Source of the DNA: Epithemia pelagica
Lineage: Eukaryota > Protista > Bacillariophyta
Assembly: GCA_946965045.2 (NCBI GenBank)
Contig: OX337229.1
Location: 5,270,001-5,334,000, forward strand
Length of the DNA: 64,000 bases
Reading direction: 5' to 3'
Shown here piece after piece: positions 34,450 through 43,977 of this stretch (positions are counted from its first letter, which is position 1; every line of letters begins with the position of its first letter). The notes below the pieces were generated by a model that did not search any database, had not been told where the DNA came from, and worked only from the letters and a program-made list of their open reading frames with translations. Position numbers and translations under genes: made by a program.

Positions 34450-36393
34450 CTACTTGCCACCGCTAGTGCCATCAAACGACATGGCGTCCTGTTGAGTCAT
34501 CAAGAAATTCTCCACTTGCGACTCCTTCATCCTCACGCACTTGTAGTGTACCTGGTACTTTGGCGTTTGAGATTGATCTTGCGGTTTGTGGTAGGTAGTC
34601 TCACCAACCGTTCCTCTTTTACTGGTTCTGGCCATGTTGGCTCGAACGTCTTCCGGCCCAACACCCCTCACGTTCAAGGGACGATGGTTATCACCAGTTG
34701 TTGTTCGAAATGCCGGCGATGCAGTCAACGGCCAACACGCAGAAGCAGCATCAGAAGCAGCAGTGACGAATCCACCACCAAGTCTATGGTGTCGAGTATG
34801 TGTTGCATGATGAGCAGCCAACTGCGGTGATGCCAAAGAAATGGCGCCGCCGGCGCTTACATGATTTTGGTGGAGAGAACCAGCAAAGGCGTTCGTGTTG
34901 CTGTTTGTTCCCAAAAGCTGCAGAGGAACGACAAGCTCCTCCGGTTGAGCCCAGCCGTGTCTTGTGGTTGCTGGAGTTGTGTGTGTAATGACAGCGGGTC
35001 CAGTCAAACCAGCGGCCGGACCAGAAGCTGGAGCTGGCTCCCTCGTAACAATTCGCACCACAGGAGTATGGTAGTTACCCTGATAAAACCTTGAGGGAAG
35101 AGAGGATGCCAGAGATGTGGCCGCAGTCAGTTGAGGGGAAACCAAGGATTGGTGTTCTTGGGGTGCGCCCAGCGGTTCTCGTGTCCTGGGATGATAATAG
35201 TGCAATGCCCGTTCTGGTTGAGCGTATTGAGTATACGAAGCTGGCATTTGTCGGAGTTCCTCGGTTTGAGGTTCAACCTGCATTGGAACTGCACCTTGCC
35301 GGATAGATGAGGGCGGTACCGAATCGTGAAGTGTAACCATGACGGTGGGAGGAGAAGCGGACTTGTCGGAAACCGCAGGGAATGTGGAGCTGGCAATAAC
35401 CTGTTGTGGCATTCTGGTCGTGGGTACGGCTTGTATATGAGGAGTCACAAACGACTTGAGGTTCTCGGTGTTCTTGACATTCCCGTCGGCGTTTGTTGCG
35501 GACTGAGCCAGAGGAGTCTCATGGGAGGAAGTCGTCCTTTGCATGTATGCAAGTTGTCGCTCTTGTCGGCTCCGGCGCTTTTCCAGTTTCCATTGCGCCA
35601 TTTCTCGACTGTAGCGTTTGCGATCACGCTCGGCCATGCGTTCGTATCGGTCTCGTTCCTCTTGACTTGTTTCTTGCTTCCATTTCCTTCCCAGAATCTT
35701 GCCAATTTCTTCAAAACTTGGTTGAGGGCGAGAATCTTGGGCATCTTGGTTGGCATCTCGCATGAGCAGTTGCTGACGTTCATGCTTGAAAAAGATATTG
35801 TACGCAGACAGAGGGCGCTTCGGTTTCTTGTCAACCGATTTGGAGTTTCTGGTTGTTTCCTTGTCCTTGGGGAACACTCCATCCTCCTCCATACTACTGC
35901 TCGAAAAGATGGTTGGCTTGCTTCCGGTGGAGGAGGGCTTGGAGTCCGATTGTACAAGAGGCGGCCGCCCCTTTTTCAGGGGCGGTTCCACATCCACTTG
36001 ATCCATTGGTTCCGCAGTAACATTGTTGACGGGCCGCTTCTTGGCTGGAAGGGACGACAATCCAATGCTTGTTCGATCCGCAAAGCCAGGATTCGTGTGA
36101 CCTCCATCCGAGGCTTGGAAAACAGAACTGCCATCCGAGCTGCAGCTCCAGAAATCAGATGCCGCTGAAGAGGAGGAGGAAGAGGAAAGAGATTTTACCC
36201 TTGGAGTGTGCTTGATGTAACCCAGCCTTTCTTGAGTCAAAGCCGGATAGGATGGCTGCTGGGTGGTGGCCGCTGATGCCGGAACTCCTGGTTGACAAGT
36301 CAATTCTCGGTTGAACAACTGAACCAAGGATAGGGTCAGTATGCTGCAGGGGTTGCCGATTGTAGTCAACCGCATATATGACATTGTTTCCAT
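34450..36393 (-). CDS. HMG-box protein 2 (N-terminus uncertain)
   Basis: PKRPLSAYNIFF...IGKILGRKW...RYERMAERDRKRYSREM. A possible intron acceptor near 36320 makes the start uncertain. Confidence 0.82.
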   Translation of the reverse strand: METMSYMRLTTIGNPCSILTLSLVQLFNRELTCQPGVPASAATTQQPSYPALTQERLGYIKHTPRVKSLSSSSSSSAASDFWSCSSDGSSVFQASDGGHTNPGFADRTSIGLSSLPAKKRPVNNVTAEPMDQVDVEPPLKKGRPPLVQSDSKPSSTGSKPTIFSSSSMEEDGVFPKDKETTRNSKSVDKKPKRPLSAYNIFFKHERQQLLMRDANQDAQDSRPQPSFEEIGKILGRKWKQETSQEERDRYERMAERDRKRYSREMAQWKLEKRRSRQERQLAYMQRTTSSHETPLAQSATNADGNVKNTENLKSFVTPHIQAVPTTRMPQQVIASSTFPAVSDKSASPPTVMVTLHDSVPPSSIRQGAVPMQVEPQTEELRQMPASYTQYAQPERALHYYHPRTREPLGAPQEHQSLVSPQLTAATSLASSLPSRFYQGNYHTPVVRIVTREPAPASGPAAGLTGPAVITHTTPATTRHGWAQPEELVVPLQLLGTNSNTNAFAGSLHQNHVSAGGAISLASPQLAAHHATHTRHHRLGGGFVTAASDAASACWPLTASPAFRTTTGDNHRPLNVRGVGPEDVRANMARTSKRGTVGETTYHKPQDQSQTPKYQVHYKCVRMKESQVENFLMTQQDAMSFDGTSGGK

Positions 36394-37261
36394 CAACACG
36401 CAAGACTGTCATCGTAGATATACGACTACTCAATAGCACGAGTTATGTTCTCAATTTTCAAACCAGTCTCCTTTGTGTGAACGGTGTGATGATCTGTTTC
36501 TTGGTTGGAGATACTTCAATCAGAGACCCACAAGACCACAAGAGTCAACTCAGCTCACCAGACTAGGTAGGAGTACCAGACCTTGATGGAAAAGGTTGCC
36601 ATTCAAAATGATTGTTTGCAATATCTCTGCGGCATGATGGATGATGGTGCGTGAGCGTGGTGGTAGCCAAAGAGACCGGCCCTTTTCGTCCTCTCCCCGA
36701 GATCCCAGAGTGAGAAAGAAGTAAATGCGGAAACAAAAAAGCTTTCCATATTCACTTTTATGAGACATCGTCGAAATCGAGGTCTTTTGAAAACAAAAAT
36801 CGAAGAAAGGGACACTTTTGAGTGACTTCCTTCTCTGTAAATTCTCGTTAAATCTGTTTGCATCACTTCCGCATGGGGATTTCCTTCTCGGAAGCAGACA
36901 CGGGTTCGATTGGCTTTCTGCCGCTGGAGGCACATGCCGCGTAAGTTTCTCAAGCGTGACGCGTGAGGGAACACAATATGTCTGCACGTGTGGACAACGA
37001 ATGTTGGTGCGGTGATACCACGTACTCGTAAGTGGAAACGCGCGCGCTACCCAGCACGTGCATTTCTTATGGTGGCTGGAATCTTTTTGATTTGAATACA
37101 TATGCAAGCACACGTACCAGCCTCAAGTACGAGTAGTGCTCCTGCGCACCAAGGGGGCAATTAGGAATCGATGCCGGTTTGGGACATGCATGCTCGCGCT
37201 CGGAGACATAGGGATAGGGATGATGTGGCGAAAGGCGACTGCCTCACATTTCTGAAAATAC

Positions 37262-37278
37262 AATCATAGGTTCGCGCA
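37262..37278 (+). repeat. Left target-site duplication AATCATAGGTTCGCGCA
   Basis: Exact 17-bp copy at 40854-40870. Confidence 0.93.
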
Positions 37279-40200
37279 ATACGCAACGGTTTTAACAATC
37301 AACTTTTACATCCACAACAGTTCGGTGGAGTTCCAGGAAAAGACGCCATCCTTCCAACCATGTTGGAAGAGTTCCAATATGAGATTAGCCGCGCGAGCAA
37401 ACGGCCGCTGGTCCACCTCGACTACGATGCAACGGCGTGCTACGACAGAATCGTGATGTCGTTTGGCAGCCTAGCATCTCGATCCTATGGCCAGCACCGA
37501 TCAGTAGTATTTATCAATGCTGCAACACAAGAAGATGCAAAATACTACCTCAAGACGCAACTTGGTGTATCAGAGAAGTTTTACAAACACTGCAAAATTT
37601 TCCCAATCTACGGCTCCGGACAGGGAGCAGGAAACTCTCCAGGAATATGGTGTGTAATCAGTTCGGTACTTTTTCATGCTTACGATGAAAAGGCTCATGG
37701 AGCGACATTTCGTTCCCCACAAGGAGAGATTGAGGCCCAAGTCTTTATGATAGGATTCGTGGATGACACCAGCGGGAGTACCAACGACTTCAACTTGCCA
37801 AAGCGTCAGTCACCAGAACATTACATCGCCAAGGCTAGCAAGGACGCTCAAAGGTGGAATGATGTTTTACGAGTTTCGGGCGGAGCTTTGGAAGATACCA
37901 AATGCTCGTATCACTTCCTCTACTTCGACTTTACAATTGATGGGCTACCGTACCTTTGCAATGGCCAGATCGGACCTCGCATCAGCATACAGTTTAACAA
38001 CAACAATTCACCGTATCCGTTAAAGCAGCTCTCTGCTTATCAAAGCCATAAAACACTTGGTGTAATGAAATCACCGGCTTCAACCGACCGAAGTCTCTTC
38101 CATGCTCTAGCCAAGAAAAACAGTCATCATACCAGTGTCATGGCACGAAGCCCGTTTAATCGAACAGACGCATGGGCGTATTATCATTCCGTCTACTTAC
38201 CAAGCATTACCTACCCAATGCCGTCATCATCCCTCTGTGACAAGCACTGTAAAGCCCTCCAACGACAATTCAAGAAGGCTCTGTTACCAAAATGCGGTTA
38301 TAACAGGTGCACTCCAAATGCTATCGTATACGGTTCTCCCGATTATGGAGGTATTGGTCTCCGATCTTTAACCACCGAGCGTGGTATTTCCCAAGTATAC
38401 ATGTTCCTTGCTTGCTTACGGTCACAAGGCTTGCCGTCTGATCTTGCTCATATTACCGTGTCCTGGGGTCAATGGCTCGCAGGTACAAGTGTCTCTATTC
38501 TTGACGATGTAAAGACTCCACTTCCTCATCTCGCTCCTATGATGTGGCTTCCCTCTCTTCGATCCTTCTTAGCTACTGTGGATTGCCGAATTGAACTTGC
38601 ACAAGATTTCATCATACCCCTGCAAAGAGAGAACGATTCGTTTGTCATGGATCATGCATTGCAATTTACGACCAAACCATTGGATCTTCAACTGCTCAAT
38701 GCATGCCGATTGTACCTCGGTATCACCCTGGTTAGTGATATTACTACCTGCAACGGGGAATCCCTATCCTTAGCACCCACCCTCGGTCTACAACTACAAC
38801 ATTCTACTCTACGAGGACTAACAGCCTACCAAGATTATCCGAGCACCAAAGCATGGAACCTGTGGCGGAAATTTCTTTCAACACTCACCACTGGCAACAC
38901 CGATAGACAACTCAATCAGCCTTTGGGCAAATGGTTGAAGACCGGCTATTCAACACTTCGGAAATGGAACTGCTACTTGTGTGAACAATCCTCACGACTG
39001 TTTATTCTTGACGGCGCCAACTACCGTATCTATCAAGAAACTTTTTACGGCTGGTTCTCACCGACGGACCAACTCACTCTCATTGTCCCAGCAGCCGCTG
39101 TCCCTGTCACGACAACACCTGCTCCATTCAATCAAAGGATTCTCCACAAGTATAGTCACCGTCTGGATCCTGTACCACCAGAAATTCCTAGTACATTTGC
39201 TTCCCATGTGACGACTCTACCCAAGTGGGAACAAGATCTTCTTTCCGGATTTGTTCTCTGTTGCTCTCCTACTACTCTGTTTGAACAATTCAACAATGGT
39301 CTCGTCTTATGCAGTGATGGTTCTGTGGCTCTTTTTACTGGGAGTTTTGGTGCCGTATGCGTCTCTCATGATAACAAACGCCTGTTTGAATTGGCCGGCC
39401 CTGCTCCAGGGTTCAGGACATCTTCGTTCCGAGCAGAAAGCTATGGTTATTTGTCTTTGCTCCGTTCCATCTACCATCTGTGCCTTTTCCATCATCAGCC
39501 TCTCCCCGGTGACCTTCATTTTTATACGGACTCCTTAAGTATGATTGAGACTGTCAGACAAAGGCTTGAATGGCAAGTTGAATATCCCTACTCAACAATG
39601 GATCCTGACTGGGACTTGCACCAGTCGATCATTTACACGTTGCGTCAGTTTCCTTCGATTCCTCCGCTCAGTCATGTCAAAGCACATCAAGATCGTTATC
39701 ATCCATATGAGACACTCTCTCTCGAAGCCCAGTTGAATGTACAAGCCGACCGCTTAGCTGGCGATTACTGTTACCCCTCGACCCTCTCGTCACGGTTCTG
39801 CCCACTTATTACTGGCACTGTTGCCACGTTACATGGCCCTTCTGGGACCATCACTTCTAACTACAGAAGCACTCTACGCCGTCTCTCAAGCGATCCGGTG
39901 ATTACCGAGTACCTGCAAACAAAACATCATTGGTCACCAGCAGTCTTTGATTCGATTTGCTGGGATACACACGGTTCCGTTATACGCGCCAACTTCCACC
40001 GCCGCCACTTTCTCACCAAGTATGTTCACAACTGGCTGCCAGTCGGGACCCTCAAACAACACTACGCAACCCACTACACGTGTATGTGCCCTAATTGTCC
40101 AACCATTCCAGAAAACCGCTCCCACTTTCTTCGTTGCCCATCTAGACGGAATTGGACCGGTCCAATGTTTGATGAACTCAATTCGTTCTGGACTGAGAAC

Positions 40201-40728
40201 TCATTTGATCCACACCTTGCTACCATTCTCCGTGAAGTTATGCGCCTTTGGCTAGCTGATACCCCAATTGTTCTCCCAACTGTACCTCCTCAATATCAGG
40301 TCTTGATTACCCGCCAAACACTCGTTGGCTGGGATCAAGTATTCTTTGGTCGTTTTGTTAAAGACTGGATCCGTCTCCAAGATGCTTTCGTTTCTACCCA
40401 TGAACTGAATCCTATCAAGTTTTCTGGTCACCGTTCTATTTGCGGTACTATCAAAATCATATGGCAACATGTTCACAACCTGTGGACACGTCGTAACCTT
40501 GATGTTCATGGCCATAATGCTCCCACCTGAGAAGCCGCCGCTCTCAACCAGGCCCGCCGCGAGATTATCGAGTTGTATCTTTTACAACCGTCTGTTCCTC
40601 CGACTGACCGCACCTTCTTTTATGATTCCACAGCAACACATTTCCTTCACGAAACCACTTCCACACAACTACATACCTGGCTCAACACATGGCGTCCCGT
40701 CATCCTTCATTATGCTGGACTAGCTTGA
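37279..40728 (+). pseudogene. LINE ORF2 remnant with premature TGA at 40528-40530
   Basis: Frame continues 65 codons after the TGA (EAAALNQARREIIELY...LHTWLNTW...GLA*) to TGA 40726-40728. Confidence 0.8.
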
Positions 40729-40853
40729 GCTCCTCTCAAGCTACCCTATTTAGTCCTCGCCTAGTTTTCTAGGCCCGGCGCGTCGGTCGGCGTCATCATG
40801 CGTGGTGCGTGCGGCAGCGTTATAATAGATTTCCAGAGTTTTTTTTTTTTTTT
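37279..40853 (+). mobile_element. 5'-truncated non-LTR retrotransposon (RT-RNase H-Zn knuckle; possibly Ambal-like)
   Basis: Frame opens exactly at the TSD (IRNGFNNQLLHPQQFGGVPGK). RT YDATACYDRI, GSGQGAGNSP, FVDD; RNH SDGS, SFRAE, YTDS, HVKAHQD, NVQADRLA; CMCPNC..HFLRC. Ends in T15. Clade assignment is inference. Confidence 0.93.
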
Positions 40854-40870
40854 AATCATAGGTTCGCGCA
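40854..40870 (+). repeat. Right target-site duplication
   Basis: Exact copy of 37262-37278, directly after the T15 tract. Confidence 0.93.
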
Positions 40871-41275
40871 TACCTCTACTAGGGCCCTAGCTAGAGGGTA
40901 AGTGTAGCTATGATTGACTGATACACATGAGCTCTACATACTCCAACAAGAACTACTTCTGGAAACTAGATAAAAAGGAAAAGAGAACACATGAATGGCT
41001 ATAGACTACGCCAGCGGCCGCTCTTGGCTCCAGTGTCGGTCGGAACCATACCTGACCAAGATGCACTGTAGCACTCGGTGCCTCATTGTCCTCTAGCGAG
41101 GAGAGAATACAAAGGACGTGAATAGGAAGCCTCATGATACGCTTGTGTTCCACACATCTAGCAATGTGTTCCTTTCCTTTTGCGAAGATTACCAGCCCGG
41201 CCCGAACACCGCCAGAATTGAAAATATAGGATAACCCGCCATGGATAGATCACAACCGATGCAGATACGTCACTG

Positions 41276-43219
41276 TCATGTCGTTTCATTAGCACTGTGC
41301 CCATTCGTCGTTTCACTAGCACTGTGCCCATTCGACACTTTCAAGCGCATCAATTTGTACTCGATTTCGAACCCTGGAGGAGCTGCAACCAAAGCACTCG
41401 CAGCGGCACCGGGAAGATAATTCTGATGCGAATGAGAAGAGTGGTGAGGATGAGAAGAACTAGGAGATTCACCAGGGGCCCACTCGCTGATTGTAGGAAA
41501 TCGACTTTCTTCAAACCTGGGACACTCTTCACCTGAATACGATTCGGTAGCGTCTTGTAGTGTTTGGTTCTGGTGTGATGGTGATCGTGAAGGATTATGG
41601 CCTTGCGCTGCAGGAGGAGGCGGTACCCAGTGAGAGGATCCCCACGAGCCTGTGGAAGTGGGCAGTGTCGTTGCCAATGATGAAGCCGACTCTAAGGGCA
41701 GCGGTTGACCGGTATAAGAAGATGGTGGGGGCACAGAAGGGAAACGCGGTACATAGTTGTATTGCGAAGTGACAGCTGTTGACTGAGACAAAGCACCGCG
41801 GTCGTCAACAGATGAGGGAGGAACCGAATAAGTCATACTACGTAGATGCTCCCGCCAGTCGATGCATGTGCTCAGAGCTGGTTGGAACGCATCGCCAGTG
41901 ATCATCGGCGAATAATTCATGGAGACTAGAGCGTCCGACGGTGATGATATATCCGATCTCGAGGGGCAAAACAGAGGAACAGTCGTAGTATGAGCTCTTG
42001 TTTTGCTATCTTTTTCCGGTGACGAGAAATGCTCTTTCACTTTGCCCGACTCCGATATTGGTCTAGGTTGTTGTCGTTGATCGGTAATCAATTTCCTCGC
42101 AGACGAAGAATCGTTATCGCTCCGTTCTTCTTTGTTTCGGTGTGACGGTGGACGACGTTGCCGAGGAACGAACACTATTTTTGGAAGACCACTTCGCGCC
42201 AAGGAACCTTGACGTCTTGCCAGTTCATCACGGAACCGTTTGAGGGAGGAGGGAGCGCTATGGCGACGCGACGAGCATCTCACAAGATCTTCCGCTTTCT
42301 CTTTTGCTTCTCTTTTCGGAATTGTTTCCCCGTGCTTTGGAATACTTGATTGACCTCCCGAACTGAGAACAAGCGCTGTCGTTTCAGCATCCCTTCCATG
42401 ATTATCCTCTCTCCTCCCATCTCCATTTTTTTCTCCAGCAGTAAGTTTTTTCCCCTTCTTCCATATCGCCATCTCTCTGCGATACCTCGATTGGTCTCGT
42501 CGAGCTAATCGTTTGTATTTCTCACGATCGGCTTCACTAGTTGCCCGCCATTCTTTTCCAATCAGTTTTCCGATAAGAGAAAAAGTTGACTTTCCTTTTC
42601 CTGTGTCTTCTTGAACAAGTTGTCGTCGTCGCTGTTTCAAAAAAATATTGTAGGCCGAAACAGGATGCTTGGGCTTCACTCGTGTCATTTTCGCTCCAGT
42701 CATAACCTCAGAAGCCTTCTTCGTTCCAGAGGTGGCAGCAACATTGGAAGTAATCTTTCCGATAGTTTCAGGGTGGGGGTTCGCCCGTGCTGAGCCTGAC
42801 TTCTCGTGCGAATAAGCAAATTTTAAAGTACGAGTCTGATTCTCCTTCCTGCGTTGTGCCCTTACGCTTGGTCCATTGTCTTGAGGAGGAACAATCTTGG
42901 ACTCACTATGAGTCGACTTTTCAGTTAAAGTCCTTTCGACGACAATTTCATCATCCATCCGTTGGTCGGATGGACTTTCTGCAAGAGACAACGAGGCAGA
43001 GCTATGTTGCGCCAGGTCTTCTATGAGTTCCATAAAGCCTTCTATTTCTTCAATGTGCTCGTCATCATTTTCGTCCTCAATTCTACAAAGTAGCTCGTTA
43101 TTGTGAAGGGGTTCCAACAGAATCGATGAGGTTGAACAGTCATCATCACGCTGTTGGCCATCAATCTCGTTGAGAGCGCAATCGTGGTAATGGAGAAGAT
43201 GGTCATTTTCACGAAACAT
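41276..43219 (-). CDS. HMG-box protein 3
   Basis: PKHPVSAYNIFL...IGKLIGKEW...KYKRLARRDQSRYRREM. Confidence 0.85.
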   Translation of the reverse strand: MFRENDHLLHYHDCALNEIDGQQRDDDCSTSSILLEPLHNNELLCRIEDENDDEHIEEIEGFMELIEDLAQHSSASLSLAESPSDQRMDDEIVVERTLTEKSTHSESKIVPPQDNGPSVRAQRRKENQTRTLKFAYSHEKSGSARANPHPETIGKITSNVAATSGTKKASEVMTGAKMTRVKPKHPVSAYNIFLKQRRRQLVQEDTGKGKSTFSLIGKLIGKEWRATSEADREKYKRLARRDQSRYRREMAIWKKGKKLTAGEKNGDGRREDNHGRDAETTALVLSSGGQSSIPKHGETIPKREAKEKAEDLVRCSSRRHSAPSSLKRFRDELARRQGSLARSGLPKIVFVPRQRRPPSHRNKEERSDNDSSSARKLITDQRQQPRPISESGKVKEHFSSPEKDSKTRAHTTTVPLFCPSRSDISSPSDALVSMNYSPMITGDAFQPALSTCIDWREHLRSMTYSVPPSSVDDRGALSQSTAVTSQYNYVPRFPSVPPPSSYTGQPLPLESASSLATTLPTSTGSWGSSHWVPPPPAAQGHNPSRSPSHQNQTLQDATESYSGEECPRFEESRFPTISEWAPGESPSSSHPHHSSHSHQNYLPGAAASALVAAPPGFEIEYKLMRLKVSNGHSASETTNGHSANETT

Positions 43220-43977
43220 TGCTCGTAATAATATCGTCAATCGTTGCAGAGTTGTTGGATTTTATTTCCAGTTTGAGCAGGGGTCAATTTTCGAATGAAA
43301 CAAGGAACGGTTGAACAGCGATGACTACAGCTTATTGCAACAGAATGTTCCTCATCATCCAAAGCCATTCAATGACTCCAAGTCCGGTGTCGTTGGTCGT
43401 TCTTGTTAGTCACGACTTTCTCGAGGCTCGAGAATCGAGAATGTATCTGCCTGTTTCGTAGGAATTGATCCAAGATTTACACATGAACAAATCGGAGAGA
43501 GCTCAGGATTTCAGAAACCTTCGGTGAAGAGAAGAAAACCGCCATCTGTGCGGCTCCATTGGGTTTCTTTTTTCTTTTTTCCTATTAGCTTTTCCGAGCT
43601 CCATTGTCTTGTTGTGCAAATATTAAATGAATTTGGCATCACCTCATCAACACGGGCTTTGATCGCATTGAACATTCCCCAGCGCTTTTGCACGGTAATT
43701 ATTTCATGGCCCAAGGGTGTCTTGTACTTTCTGCGCTGGGGCGTAACTAATTAAAGTAAACCGCGACTCAACAGATGAAGATTCGCGAAAGTCGCGGAAG
43801 ACGAATCTGCATCTTGGGGCTTGTTTCCGGCCGGCGCAAAAGAGTCGCCCGGTGACTCAATATATTTTAATCTTGCATCTTGTCGCTCACATTTTCAGTT
43901 GTCCAATGGGTAGAACAATGGAGTAAAACAAGAGAGACAGAGGACAGGCCACCACGAAAGCCATACCAAAACCACTC

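Noticed and set aside
37262-37278. GGTTCG in the LINE target as a tRNA T-arm or snRNA target
   Set aside because: No cloverleaf and no recognisable U-snRNA sequence in the reconstructed empty site.
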